From Octopus sinensis (Eukaryota): a stretch of 64,000 nt of DNA. The notes below the pieces were generated by a model. That model was not told where the DNA came from. It did no database searches and was given only the letters and a program-made list of their open reading frames with translations. Shown piece after piece: positions 27,263-41,347 of the stretch. The translations under genes and the position numbers were made by a program. The DNA lies in assembly GCF_006345805.1 (NCBI RefSeq), contig NC_043006.1:84382001-84446000 (forward strand), read 5' to 3'. How positions within the stretch are numbered: position 1 is the stretch's first letter; the number at the start of each line of letters is the position of its first letter.

Positions 27263-27458
27263 AAGGTATTGAGCAGAATATTTGCTGTAGCCCATCTTTT
27301 ATACCAATCTTTTATATATATATATGCATACACATATGTATGTACATATGTCTGTATACATGTATATATAAAGGTATATATGCATATTTTTATACATAAC
27401 GAATGATAGAGGCGGAAAATGGAATATACCAGAAACTTTAATGCTCACAACGAACAAT

Positions 27459-27498
<40 letters not shown>

Positions 27499-27959
27499 AG
27501 GTTTGGAGATGTTGTACATATATTATATATTAGAAGAAATGAGGTAATCAGAAGATCGGATGGTTCATATTTACAGATATTTATTTATATATTACATTTT
27601 TTACATATATATATCATATCATTCAGATCATATCATTCAGATCATTAGCGCTTTCTCCCATTCTAGTGGGGTTTTCAAATCAAAATAATTCCTTTGTGGG
27701 GAATTTTAATAATTTTATAGAGTTTCTCGTAGTGGTGGGGAGGAACAAGACAGCACAAGAGGGTGAAGTGGATGAGGAGGAAGTGAGAGAGAGAACATGT
27801 GTGGTGTGTGTGTGTGTGTGTGTGTGCGTGCGTTTGTATCTGAGGCTATATATATATGTCCCACTGCGTGGCACTTTGGGCAAGTGTCTTCTACTATAGC
27901 CTCGAGCAGCCCAAAGCCTTGTGAGTGGATTGGTAGACGGAAACTGAAAGAAGCCCGTC

Positions 27960-28024
<65 letters not shown>

Positions 28025-28091
28025 TATATATATATATACGTTAAATATTTGTTGTGCAAGATTTTTTATGTGAAGTCGTGTGTTGAAACAG

Positions 28092-28571
28092 ATATTGTTA
28101 TATTTCGGAATGGTCATATTGCCAGTTTAGCCAATAAAAACACACGCACTATATATTTGGTGTTATTTTGCTTCAGTGATATTTATTTTTTTACATTAAT
28201 CTTAATCTTATTTCGGCCAAAGTTCTTTCGTCACACTCCTGTGACCGCATCAGTGGTCCTTTGTTTTCTTCTCACTTACTTGTGTCTCTCCTCCTACTAA
28301 CCGTCAGCCATTTTGTATTTCTATTGTATGTCTTCATTTGCGCATGCTTATATCTCTATGTGCGTCTATGTTTATTTAGTGTGTGTGTGAGGGGGATGCC
28401 TAATATTTGTATCTTCTGGTTATATACATTCTTGTAATTTGTATTTTGTTTTTGTTGTTGTTGCTTTTGTTTGTTTTTGTTCATGTGTTTAACTCCACCA
28501 TTATTATCATTACATATGCTTGTATGTATGTATAACAACAATATTAGTAATAATAATAATAAATCTAATTG

Positions 28572-28636
<65 letters not shown>

Positions 28637-30412
28637 TTATAACTATATATATATATACATATATACACACACATATACACATATACATACACATATACAT
28701 ATATATAGTTATTCATTTCTATTTCTTTAATTATCTGTGTATTTATTATGTTTGCAGGATCCACTATCGTCATATGTTGTGGTGTGCGCTATTGCTCCAT
28801 TCTAGTTTTCTATTCAGGCTAGGTTTATTTTCTATTATATGTGTAGCTTCTGTAATTGTCTAATTGTTGCATGTGTTATATGTGTGGACAATATCTTAAT
28901 CTCTATGTATTGATTGATCCCCCGTGTTCTTGTTCAGCGTGTTGGTACAGAATCGATGAGCTTTTACCTTCCTTGAGTTGTCTCCAATGTTCATTCACCC
29001 CGCTCACCAATGTTTCTTGCTGTTTCCCCTACGTATGTTACTGTCTTGTTACTGCATCGTCCCTCTATACATCTTATACTATAGACCACATTTCTGGCTT
29101 TACAGTTTGTTTGTGGGCTAAATCTACATACAGTGCAATAGTTATCCGTAGAGAGTTCTACTAAAAGGATAGCTTCTACCAATTATAGATCTGATAGGGT
29201 TGCCTGGCTTTTCAACAACCTTAATTCTTAGTTTAAGTTTATCAGGGTCCTTCTAAAGCGGTACGCCAGTTCACCTCCAGGGGTGGTGTCAACGAACATG
29301 ACACTCTGGTATTTATGGCTATCATACCAAGAGTTGGCCTTCCCTATTTTCTTTTTTGTCCTTTCTATAGTGTTCCATTGACCTTGTTCCTATAGATTGG
29401 GCAAATCCCATTCCTATCATTACATAATATATTATCAAATTTCTTCAAGGCTCCTTTGTATACTCTGACCCCTTTCTTTATGGCTGTAACCTGAGAACTG
29501 CATGCGGTGAATGAAATACTGTATGTGTCTCTTTAATTCTGTAGGCTCGCACATGCGTGACACATTTCTCATTATTCTGACGAGGTCTGCCATCAAAATA
29601 TTGAATTTGGCATTGCCCGCAATGGCTGAGTTCCGGTGGATCAGGTATTTTGAGGCCATAGGTTTTGCATAGTATGAATGAAGGATTTGGGTTTTATTTT
29701 TCACAATTTCTAGCCAGAGTTCAGTGTCTAGTACTGGTAGTCTATGGTTGGGGTGTTTAGTGGGGTAGTCTATTGTGACCTTATACTCTGTGGATGGAGT
29801 TAGCTATTTGCTGGATGCTCTCCATAGTATTAGTTTCTATTACTATATCAAACATTACTCTCTTGTGGGGGGTGCCTTTACTACTATATTGATATCATCA
29901 ACATAGCGAGAGTACATGTTTACGAGTATGGATTTTTTTTTTTTTTCAATTAGATTTATTATATTATTACTAATATTGTTGTTATACATACATACAACAT
30001 ATGTAATGATAATAATGGGTGGATTAAACACATGAACAAAATTAGAACAAAGCAACAACAACAAAAACAAAATACAAATTACAAGAATGTATATACCAGA
30101 AGATACAAATATTACAGGCATCCCCCTCACACACACACTAAATAAACATAGACGCCACATAGATATAAGCATCGCAAATGAGACATACAATAGAAATACA
30201 AATGGCTGACGGTTAGTAAGGAGAGACACAAGTAAGTGAGAAGAAAACAAGGACCACTGATGCGGTCACAGGAGTGTGACGAAAGAACTTTGGCCGAAAT
30301 AAGATTAAGATTAATGTAAAAAATAAATATCACTGAAGCAAAATAACACCAAATATATAGTGCTTGTGTTTTTATGGCTAAACTGGCAATATGACCATTC
30401 CGAAATATAACA

Positions 30413-30416
<4 letters not shown>
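28092..30416 (-). mobile_element. 5'-truncated Penelope-like element with inverted pseudo-LTRs
   Basis: 28092-28586 and 29933-30416 are inverted repeats enclosing RT and GIY-YIG remnants on the minus strand. Confidence 0.85.
28770..29930 (-). pseudogene. Penelope-like RT (YVDD) + GIY-YIG endonuclease remnant
   Basis: YSRYVDDI (~29895-29906); YYAKPMASKYLIHRNSA...KFNIL..DLVRIMRNVS...F..RMQFSGYS; C..C...NCKARNVVYSIRC..RC....YVGETARNIGER; stops and frameshifts present. Confidence 0.85.
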
Positions 30417-30461
<45 letters not shown>

Positions 30462-30563
30462 CATATATACATATATAGACAGTATATATATATATATATA
30501 TATATCATATATAGACAGTATATCTATATATATAATATACATACAAATATATATATGTATATA

Positions 30564-30604
<41 letters not shown>

Positions 30605-30710
30605 TATATAATTATAATAATAATGGTTTTTTTGCAACAAGTTGCACAAAAAAAATATAATATATATATATATATATTATATAATAATATATATATATAT
30701 ATTATATATA

Positions 30711-31092
30711 GGCGCAGGAGTGGCTTTGTGGTAGGTAGCTTGCTAACCAACCACATGGTTCCGGGTTCAGTCCCACTGCGTGGCATCTTGGGCAAGTGTC
30801 TTCTGCTATAGCCCCGGGCCGACCAATGCCTTGTGAGTGGATTTGGTAGACGAAAACTGAAAGAAGCCTGTCGTCTATATGTATATATATATGTTTGTGT
30901 GTGTGTTTGTGTGTCTGTATTTGTCCCCCTAGCATTGCTTGACAACCGATGCTGGTGTGTTTACGATAGAATAAGTACTGGGCTTACAAAGAATAAGTCC
31001 TGGGGTCGATTTGGTCGACTAAAGGCGGTGCTCCAGCATGGCTGCAGTCAAATGACTGAAACAAGTAAAAGAGTAAAAAGAGTAAAGAGAGT
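30711..31092 (+). mobile_element. SINE family A
   Basis: GGCGCAGGAGTGGC head through (TAAAAGAG)n tail, with an internal tail deletion. Confidence 0.9.
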
Positions 31093-31121
31093 ATATATAC
31101 AGACACATATCTATATAATGT

Positions 31122-31156
<35 letters not shown>

Positions 31157-31746
31157 TATATATTGTAAAACATGCACAATGACATAGACATACTTGCATG
31201 CATACGCATAATTACAAATATAACACACACCCACATAGACATACATTCACACATATACAATGGTTTTACATACATTTTCCGTCTACAAAATTCACTCACA
31301 AAGCATTGAGCATCCTGTGTCTTGAGTAAGAGACACTAGCCCGAGGGAGAGCACAGAAACATGCAGTTTTTACATTATAAACCTCACTTTATTGTTTTAG
31401 AAAAAGGAAATGTAAAACGGATAGATAATTATAATAAATATAAATAAAAAGAAAGGAAGAACCCAATTTATATGTAGTCCTAGATATGCTTAGACATGTT
31501 GTTATCATTACTACGAGGTAATGACTGTTGTTTATTCTTTGAAATAAAACGATCCAAGAATTTTTTAAAAACCGATTGGTGTGACTGTTTGGTTAAGGAT
31601 CTGGCTTTGAAACCACACGGTTTCGAGTTCAGTCGCACCATAGTCGCTGTGGTGAGCAGTCATACACACACACCCTTTCGGCCTACCCATGTTTGACCGG
31701 TAGAATATCAAAGATGCGAGAACTGCTTGAAGAGCAAGCACGTGAG

Positions 31747-31817
<71 letters not shown>

Positions 31818-31884
31818 AAGAAAAAGTGAGAGGATAAGAAAGAGTAAGAGTGAGAGATAGAGAGAAAGAGAGATGCACCTGCAG

Positions 31885-32027
31885 TCAGTTGGTACTCATT
31901 TTCAGCTGGTTAGACAACAACGTGAACTGAAATGACTTGCTCAAGAGGACAACACATTCCTACGGTTTAGGGATCGAACACACGACCTTACGACCAAGAG
32001 CTAAAAATCCTTGACCACCAGGCCACG
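31885..32027 (-). mobile_element. Degenerate tRNA-derived CORE-like SINE (distinct family)
   Basis: Minus: GTGGCCTGGTGG...GTTCGATCC...CTTGAGCAAGTCA...CTGAAAATGAGTACC. Confidence 0.55.
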
Positions 32028-32519
32028 TTTTGGGATTCAGAAGAAAATATTGTTCATTCGTGTCATTGCACATCCTCTTTTCATCCGACGGATCTTCATG
32101 CCGCGTACAGTGGAGAATCCCCTTCGATAAACACATGGGAATTCCATTTACCCTGTGTTCGGAACCCGTTGTGGATTCCTAATTGTAAGCGCTGTCATGA
32201 TACCAATGGATTAATTATTCCCTCCTCGCTTTCGGCGAATCCCAGATGATCTTTCATTCTTATACATAATTAATAGTTGCTACATTTTAAATAATTCAGT
32301 CCTCAACCGTTTAGTCTCCCTTTCTCTCTTTTTTTTAGTAATCTTTATGGTGCTAATTTGCTCTCTCTCTCTCTCTCTCCATATGTGTGTGTGTAAATGT
32401 ATATATGTGTATGTGTGTGTATACATATGTATGTATGAGTATATATATATATATATACATACACATACATATACTTGTATAGATATGCACATACATAGAG
32501 AACGAAGGCGGGGAAGATA

Positions 32520-32700
32520 TGCAGTGATATACACCTGGAAAGACTTGTACCAAACTTTAGCACTGAAATTTACACAAAGTGGCCAAACGGGGTACCACTG
32601 CACAGTGCCAAAGATCCCAGCATCACAATCAAAATACAGGACCAGATGCTGCTACAGTTTGGGTTACAAAGGCCCACAACTCTTCAATATCCTTCTAAAA
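32520..32700 (+). mobile_element. CR1/L2-type LINE RT C-terminal fragment
   Basis: IYTWK...GYHCTVPK...SLGYKGPQLFNIL; same family as 59003-59292. Confidence 0.7.
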
Positions 32701-32711
32701 TACATATATGG

Positions 32712-33300
32712 GTACAGGACGTCACCAGCAGTAAACAACATGAAATATGAAAACAAATGAGTTCAATACGCAAACAACGAGAGGAACAGATGGAAAACAG
32801 GACAAGTAACATAAAGAACGACCCGTCATCAGTTGTCGGCTGTCTATCTATTCCTCACTTCGAGCATTGAACGACAATATGAGTCTTCGAATACAGTTGC
32901 TCCCCTCAGTACCAAAATAAAAGTTGGGATTTATGGAGGGTCAAAGTTGGGAACAAAAACAGGACATTGGAGACATACAAGGAAACCGAACGAAAACAAA
33001 CATGGAGGGTCGTTAGACCGGAACGAGAGTAAAATAGCGAACGCTGGAGAAATATTTTCTTTGACAAGAGAAAAGACAGAAGAGAAAGATAGGATACGTC
33101 CAGTCCTTAGGACAGTCCTGAAAGAAAAGGAAGATCATCACGTGGGGAAAAGAAAGATGGACGATGGTCATGTGTGAGCAACGAGAGAGAGAACAGGAGA
33201 AAGGGGGAGGGAGAGAGAGAGAGAGAGACAGATAGAAAACGGTGAAGTGGAGAAAAAAGAGAATAAGAGAAAGGATGAGAGAGAAAACGATAGGGTAGAA
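32712..33300 (+). repeat. ~580-bp interspersed repeat (GTACAGGAC family), copy 1
   Basis: Colinear with 40780-41345 (CGTCACCA.CAGTAAACAACATGAAATA..., TCATCAGTTGTCGGCTGT, GATTTATGGAGGGTCAAAGTT); fragments at ~42300, 59580-59690 and 60130-60330. Confidence 0.85.
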
Positions 33301-34205
33301 AAACAGTATAGAGTCGCATCAAAAAGATTAAGATAAACTTACTTGGAAATGGATGCGTAGCGTTCAATCAAATAATAATATAAATAATATATATATATAT
33401 ATATTATATATATACACGCACACACTACATACATTCATATATGTATATACGTATTTATATACACATATATATATATTTATGTATATACATATTCACACAT
33501 ACGCATATATACTTATATATACATACATTATATAAATATAAACGTATGACACACACACACACGTATACATACATTCATACATGGGGAAAGGTAAATGTTA
33601 GTTTTTTGCTCGTGGGTGTATGTGCATACCTGAGTGAGTGCGTGTGTGCATGTGTATATAAGTGTGTGTGTGCGCGCGCGCGTGCTTATGTGCGTATGAT
33701 TCATAATTAACGAAAGAATTTCGAAGAAACTTCGAATAAAAAATAAATGGACTGGAAATGCTATACGCTATAATATACATATTTATTAAAGATTAAATAT
33801 CCTACAATATTATATACATGTCATATGTATGTATCTACGTACGTATATTTACATTAAATCGCAGGAGACATCCATGCTCATCCACACAAGCACACACACA
33901 TACACACACGCGTACACAACCATGAATACGCGCGCGCACACAAACACACACAGATATATTCACACACACACACGTACACAGATACATATGTTGTTGACAG
34001 AATCTCATGTATATCTTTCTAAATACACATTCTGACCTTCATAAATAAATACATTAATATATATTTATATATATACATCTTTAAATAGACAAGCACATAC
34101 ACGTCTGCGTGCGTGTATTTAAGTATGTATGTATTTATTTACGTACACAGACATATAAAGAGAAAGGAAAGATATGGTGAGGAGGGAAAAAGAGAGATAG
34201 ACATG

Positions 34206-34240
<35 letters not shown>

Positions 34241-34315
34241 TATAATATATATAAATGAATAAATAAATAAATGTATATATATATATATAGATAGATAGAT
34301 AATAGAGAGATAGAT

Positions 34316-34352
<37 letters not shown>

Positions 34353-34584
34353 CAGAAAAAGATATGCTTTATTCCCTGAAGATAACGTCATGTGACCTAA
34401 TTGCATGAACTATCACCTGAACCCATCTTTACCATTCTCAGACTAAATATAACCATCACATTCTACTTTCACTTTCGTAAACAAAATACACCTCCTTACC
34501 CTGACCTGCACATTCATTCACTTCTTTGTTGTCCATTCTTTTGTTAAGTCGTTTAATTCCTTAGAATGTTAACTTTTGATTATA

Positions 34585-34822
34585 TTCTCTTTACTCTCTC
34601 TTTACTCTTTTACTTGTTTCAGTCATTTGACTGTAGCCATGCTGGAGCACCGCCTTTAGCCGAGCAAATCGACTCCAGGACTTATTCTTTGTAAGCCTAA
34701 TACTTATTCTATCGGTCTCCTTCGCCGAACCGCTAAGTTACAGGGCCGTAAACACACCAGCCTCGGTTGTCAAGCGATGTGGGGGGGACACAGCCACACA
34801 AACATACACACACGCACGCACA

Positions 34823-34865
<43 letters not shown>

Positions 34866-35032
34866 TATATACGACTGGCTTCTTTCAGTTTCCATCGACC
34901 AAATCCACTCACAAGGCTTTGGTCGGCCCGAGGCTATAGTAGAAGACACTTGCCCTAGGTGCCACGCAGTGGGACTGAACCCGGAACCATGTGGTTGGTA
35001 AGCAAGCTACTTACCACAGTCACTCTTCCGTC
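34585..35032 (-). mobile_element. SINE family A, full length
   Basis: Same head, CORE-like motif, linker and tail as 3043-3454. Confidence 0.9.
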
Positions 35033-35362
35033 TATATTTGAAAACTTATTCAAACTGAACCGTTTGTGCGTCAGACAAAATTCGAAGCAGTATATCTTCC
35101 GACTCGTTACATTCTGAGTTCAAATTTCACCGGAGTAAACTTTTGTCTGTCATTCCTTCGAGATCGCTAAAATATATACCAACCAAGTACTAAGATCGAT
35201 ACAATCAATTTGCCTCTTCATTAATTATTGTTTCTTACTGAAATCTTAGGTTTCTTATTCTTGTGTTCTTTCCGGTTATATTTTGATTTCTTGTTCCTAT
35301 TTTCCTTATACCACAATATCTCGTAGGGTTCATGGTAAACATATTTAGAGACATTCGTTAAT

Positions 35363-35754
35363 TGCTGTTGTTGTTGCTGTTGCTGTTGAGCGAACGGTCT
35401 TCGTCTCAGAGCTCGCAAGATGGGAGAAGTCCGAAACGTGGTCCTTTGCTATTCGTAAGACCCGCAGAGGAGAAAGCAGGTCAACCCCTGACACCGAGAG
35501 CATCGACGGATGGATGAATGCACATCCAGGCTCAGCGGTTGCGTAGGAAGTCGGGGACAAGAAACAGGAAGAAAGAGTGAGAGAAAGTTGGAGCGAAAGA
35601 TTACAACAGGGGGCGCCATCCCCCCTGCCGGAGTCTCGTGGAGCTTTAGGTGTTTTCGATCAATAAACACACACAACGCCCGGTCTGGGAATTGAAACCG
35701 CGAGCCTCAGACCGCGAGTCTGCTGCCCTAACCATTGGGCCATTGCGCCTCCAC
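35363..35754 (-). mobile_element. SINE family C, full length, tail type 1 with (CAA)n end
   Basis: Minus: GGAGGCGCAATGGCCCAATGGTTAGGGC...GGTTTCAATTCCC tRNA-like head, AAACACCTAAAGCTCCACGAG body, GAGACGAAGACCGTTCGCTCAACAGCAAC end. Confidence 0.85.
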
Positions 35755-36295
35755 TTGTCGTTGCTGTTGTTCTTGTTGCTGTTGTTTTTTAGAGCTTCTG
35801 TAGTCAGCCCAAGGGTAAAACGTCCTCTAGCAATTTTATCGACTTTGAAAGGACGAAAAGTAAAGTCGACCTCGGCGGAATTTGAACTTGGAACGTAAAC
35901 AGTCGGAAGAATTGAAATAGTGCGCCACCTAACGCATTCATTCTACTAAATGTGCAATATCGATTTTTCCGGAAATTGATGATGCGAAACCTCATCTAAT
36001 CCGCGCTGATTTACACCTGTATTTCATTTAATCTGTATTTCATTTAATTATTTAAGTAAATTTAGTATTTGTTTAATTTAGATTATGTTGGCCAAGGTGA
36101 CCACCGCTGGTTCGGAAAAATTCGTAATCCGGAAATATTTTGGAACGAAAGATTCCGGAAAATGGATGTTGTACCTGTAACATAGTTCACTCATTCATAC
36201 TTTCTGACGAGGAACAAGTCTTTTACATACACACACAAACGCGCGCGCACATATATACACACGAATTCACAGACACATACAAATAAACACACACA

Positions 36296-36331
<36 letters not shown>

Positions 36332-36994
36332 TACACACACATACACACATAGACATACGCACACAAGCAAACGTACAGACATACACACACATACAAACAC
36401 AAACATACACACACGCACACATACATACACACGCATACTCACGCACGCACGCACTCAGAGACATACACACACATATACACACATACAAACAGACAGACAG
36501 ACACGCACAGAGGAGGAGATAAATAGCTGATATTTTCGGTAAGTACGTGAATAAGCACCACCCTAAAACGTTTTTCCTTTTCTGCAGATGTTAACGTGTA
36601 ACTTGAGAGAAACACAGCTTCTATTTCTAGCAGACTCAATCACTGGGTTAAACGCTCATTCCCTGGGTTGTAAATGCCTGTTAGATTTACCATGAAACAT
36701 AAAGGAAATCGCCATGATTATTGAGCAAACTTCAGTAAACACAATGGCAAAATGCTTTAAAGAGACAGGCAGAGATTATGCGATAGTGACGAAATCGTAT
36801 GTAAGGTGTGTATATATGGTGTATATATCATATATATCCTCCAGGGATTTCAGTGTATAAACATTGAGAAGCGAATCCGTGACTCGGTGTCACGCCTCTT
36901 CCGGAACGTATTTATCTGTTTATCCGTTGGTGTTGTTTTTTTTATGGTACGTACATACATACAAACATACGTAACTACATAATTACATGCATAT

Positions 36995-37045
<51 letters not shown>

Positions 37046-37151
37046 GTATATATACATATATACACATACACATATATCTATAAACATATGTGTATACGTG
37101 TATCTACACACATATTTATTCACATATGTTATATGTATGTATATAGGTCTG

Positions 37152-37188
<37 letters not shown>

Positions 37189-37192
37189 ATAT

Positions 37193-37223
<31 letters not shown>

Positions 37224-37346
37224 CTGTGTGTGTGTATTTAAGCGTATGCAAATAAATAGTAGATACATATAAATTATTGTTTTACACACAGGTCCATATG
37301 CATACACACACATGTATAGATAAATACACAGACACGCACACAGACA

Positions 37347-37388
<42 letters not shown>

Positions 37389-38448
37389 ACGCACACACAC
37401 GCATACATAGTGAGGAAAGAAAGTGAAAGTGGGACTATCGACAGCGAGTTCACCAAGTGCAGTCAAATTTTGCCTATTAGAGAGAAGCCTCGGGAAGAAA
37501 ATGGCTGCGATAAAGATGAATACTGTAGATTAGAGGTTAACCGCATCTGATTAGTTCAGTTTCTACAGGAAGCCTACCCCTATTTATTTGGTACACAGCC
37601 TCGTCAGATGCCAACCTGCACCACCCACGCATGATTCCTCAGGACGGTTTGATCCCTCTCCTTGAAGATCCTAAAGTAAATAAATACCTTTAATGTTATT
37701 TCCTGATCTGCCTCACGCTACTTGGTTGTATTGCACGACATTTTATGAACCTCCTTCTGTTGCATTCTTCCTATATCTGTCAGAGTATATGTGTGTGTGT
37801 ATGTGTCTGTGTAATATGTGTATCTACATATACATATACAATTCATACATGTGTATGTCTGTGTGTGTATATATATATATATATTATATATATATATATA
37901 AATATACTTTTAATCCTTGGCTTGTTTCAGTCATTTGACTGCGGCCATGCAGTTATTGGCGTTGTGGGTTGTAGGCTTTTCCCATATCGAAGTTCGATAA
38001 ACTGAAAGAAATTGTTTATAGTTCACGGTTAGCAACATGAGTTGCTATGAATCCGAATTAAGATCACACGTACATATGTAGAAATACACACACATAGACA
38101 CAGATACACGCACACATATATCTACATACATATACGATTCATATATGTGTGTTTGTGCCTATGTGTGTATGTATGTGTGTGTGTGAGTGCGCATACATAT
38201 GCATATACGCATTTACACATACATACATACATACATACATACATACATACATACATACATACATACATACATACATACATACATTCATACATACATACAT
38301 ACATATGGGCTAAACTACAGATACGCATATTTTTCTTCAATCTTTTTGGGGTAACTTTTCTCGATATTTACCGCTCCCTCTCTCTCTCTCCCTCTCTCTC
38401 TCTCTCTCCTCTCTCTCTCCTCTCTCTCCTCTCCCCTCTCTCTCTCTC

Positions 38449-38479
<31 letters not shown>

Positions 38480-38678
38480 CCTCCTCTCTCTCTCTCTCTC
38501 TTAGAAACAAACACATGCACGCACATACAACACACACACAGACACACATACTCACACTAACACACACACACATAAAGTCAAAAAGTTGACCGTATATTTT
38601 GAGTTTCAAACCTAGTTGGGCTTTTTCACGACTGTGGAAAGAGGAGAAAAATCTGGAGTTTATTTTGGGTTCATTTAA

Positions 38679-38871
38679 CCCTTTCGTTACTGTATTTCTG
38701 TTGAGATACTCTGTTTTTCTTTCAATTATTTTAAACATAACAAAGAATTTAGTAAAATAATTATATAAATTGCGACTAAGGTTTGGTGGAAGATTTTAAT
38801 TAAAAACTTATGAAAATAAGACTTTGTACTAAGAGCCAGGTCTGGTTTCAACCAGGTTGGTAACAAAAGGG
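38679..38871. mobile_element. piggyBac-type non-autonomous element
   Basis: TTAA|CCCTTTCGTTAC ... GTAACAAAAGGG|TTAA: TTAA duplication and CCC/GGG termini. Confidence 0.75.
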
Positions 38872-39124
38872 TTAAAATTAAGTGAATATGGGTGGATACA
38901 GTTTGAACCATGTGGGGAAGTGGTTAATGATATTTTAGGTGTGTGTCGGTGCTAGAACTAAACTACTGCATAATAATTGAATGCCGCTCCTTCATTGCAA
39001 TTTAATTAGGGCTGGTTGGACTGATGACCTTTGACCAAGGTTAGTTTATTGTTTAGTAAGAAAAAATGTTTATTATACAGCATGTCTAAAATTATCGTGT
39101 TGTATTTGATAGAGTAGACTTCTA

Positions 39125-39903
39125 AAGGCGGCGAGCTGGCAGAATCGTTAGCACGCCGGGCGAAGTGCTTAGCGGTATTTCGTCTGCCGCTACGTTCTGA
39201 GTTCAAATTCCGCCGAGGTCCACTTTGCCTTTCATCCTTTCGGTGTCTATAAATTAAGTACTAGTTACGCACTTGTCCCCTCTATGTTTAGCTCCTTCTG
39301 GGCAATAAAGAAATATATATTATATTATATGAAGGCGGCGAGCTGGTAAAAGCGTTAATACGCCGGGCTTAGTGGTATTTCGTCTGCAGTTATGTTCTGA
39401 GTTCAAATTCCGCCGAGGTCGACTTTGCCTTTCGTCCTTTCGGGGTCGATTAAATAAGTACCAGTTACGCACTGAGGTCGATATAATCGACTTAATCCGT
39501 TTGTCTGTCATTGTTTGTCCTCTCTGTGTTTAGCCCCTTGTGGGTAGTAAAGAAACAGGTATTTCGTCTGCCGCTACGTTCTGAGTTCAAATTCCGCCGA
39601 GGTCGACTTTGCCTTTCATCCTTTCGGGGTCGATGAATTAAGTAATAGTTGTGTACTGGGGTCAATCTAATCGACTGGCTCCTTCCTCAAAATTTCGGGC
39701 CTTGTGCCTAGAGTACAAAAGATTATATTACATTTAGGCGGCGGGCTGGCAGAATCGTTAGGACTCCGGGCGAAATGGTTAGCATTTTTTCGTCCGCCGT
39801 TAAGTTTGAGTTCGAATTCCGCCGAGGTCGACTTTGCCTTTCATCCTTTCGGGACGATAAAATTAGTACCAGTTACGTACTGAGATCGATGTAATCGACT
39901 TAA
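39125..39903 (+). mobile_element. Head-to-tail cluster of SINE family B (about four units)
   Basis: AAGGCGGCGAGCTGG heads at 39125, ~39332 and ~39735; AAAGAAACA|GGTATTTCG junction at ~39557. Confidence 0.9.
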
Positions 39904-40723
39904 CACACAAACATTCACATTTATTATATTAGATATGTGGAAACTTTATTTCAATTAAAGTGTACTTTGTGTGTGTGTGTGTGTGTGTGTGTGGTGTGTA
40001 GAGTGTTAGAAGTGGTGTACAGATATTGAATATTGAGAAAAGAGGAGGTTGCCAGAATTTTTAAAATTTAGTCACTAAAATTGTTAATGTGCAAACAGCT
40101 TGTTCATTTATATAAATCAGGTTTTTTTGTTTTGTTTAGAAGTGGAGAATATTGTTTTTTTTTGTGGGTGAGGTTCCAGAATAATAGAAATAGAGATATA
40201 GGTAGATGGACAGATAGACAGACAGACAGATAGGTAGGTAGAGAGTGGGAAGGGGAAGGATTTCTTTTCAATTTGGAATGTTTTTTAGCATTTATTTATT
40301 TAGCTTTTTTTTTACCGTTGTATAGCTACTGGCATGAGACATGAGTTCAAGAGTGCGGTCATCACTAAAAGCAATTTTTCTCTTAAGGTGCCAAGAAGGA
40401 AGATAAGACGTTCTATACAAAAATCAAATATATGTGTGTGCGCGCGCGCGCGCGCGCGTGTGTGTGTACGTATGTGTGCCTGTTAGTTCATGTGTTTGGA
40501 AATATGTCTATATCTCCACTGTATAATTTCGATGTTTTGCTTTAAAAAATCAAGTCAGGTTTCTTTTAATTTCATGATTTTGCATGAACAAACATTAGTT
40601 CAATATTTACAAATTAGAAAAATAAAACACACTGTTATAGAGATGAGTACCATGTTATAAATATTGGAGCAGAAACAACACGTATATATATATCATATCA
40701 TATAAATAATATATATATATATA

Positions 40724-40778
<55 letters not shown>

Positions 40779-40779
40779 G

Positions 40780-41345
40780 GTACAGTACGTCACCAACAGT
40801 AAACAACATGAAATACGAAAATAAATGAGTTAAATACGCAAATAACGAGAGAGAAAATGGAAAACAAGACAAGTAATACAAAGGATACAAAGAACGACCC
40901 TTCATCAGTTGTCGGCTGTTTGTCTATTCCCCATTTCGAGCAATCAACGATAGTATGAATCTTCAAAGACAGTTGCTCTCATAAATACCAAAATAAAATT
41001 TTGGATTTATGGAGGGTCAAAGTTAGGAACAAAAACAGGACAGTGGGGACATACAGGGAAATCAACTGAAAACAAACATTGAGGGACGTTAGACCTGAAC
41101 GAGGGAAAATAGTGAACGCTGAGAAAAATATTTTCTTTGAAAAGAAATAAGATAGAAGACGTCCAGTCCTTAGAACGTCCGTGCAGGAAAGATGGCCACG
41201 GGAAGAAAAGAAAAATGGGCGATGGTCACGTGTGAGCAACGAGAAAGAGAAAAAAGAGAAAGAGTGAGAGAGAGGGACAGATATAAAACGGTGAAAGGGA
41301 CAAAAAGGGAATTAGAGAGGATGGGGAGAAAACACTATAGAGTAG
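40780..41345 (+). repeat. GTACAGGAC family repeat, copy 2
   Basis: Colinear with 32712-33300. Confidence 0.85.
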
Positions 41346-41347
41346 AT

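Noticed and set aside
37538-37610. Minus-strand CTGACGA...GAAA motif
   Set aside because: No UH cleavage site between stem III and stem I, and no clean stem II.
40895-40965. Permuted hammerhead in the GTACAGGAC family (minus strand GAAA...CTGATGA; also 56620-56665)
   Set aside because: Stems I and III cannot be formed consistently, and the 32.8-kb copy lacks GAAA.
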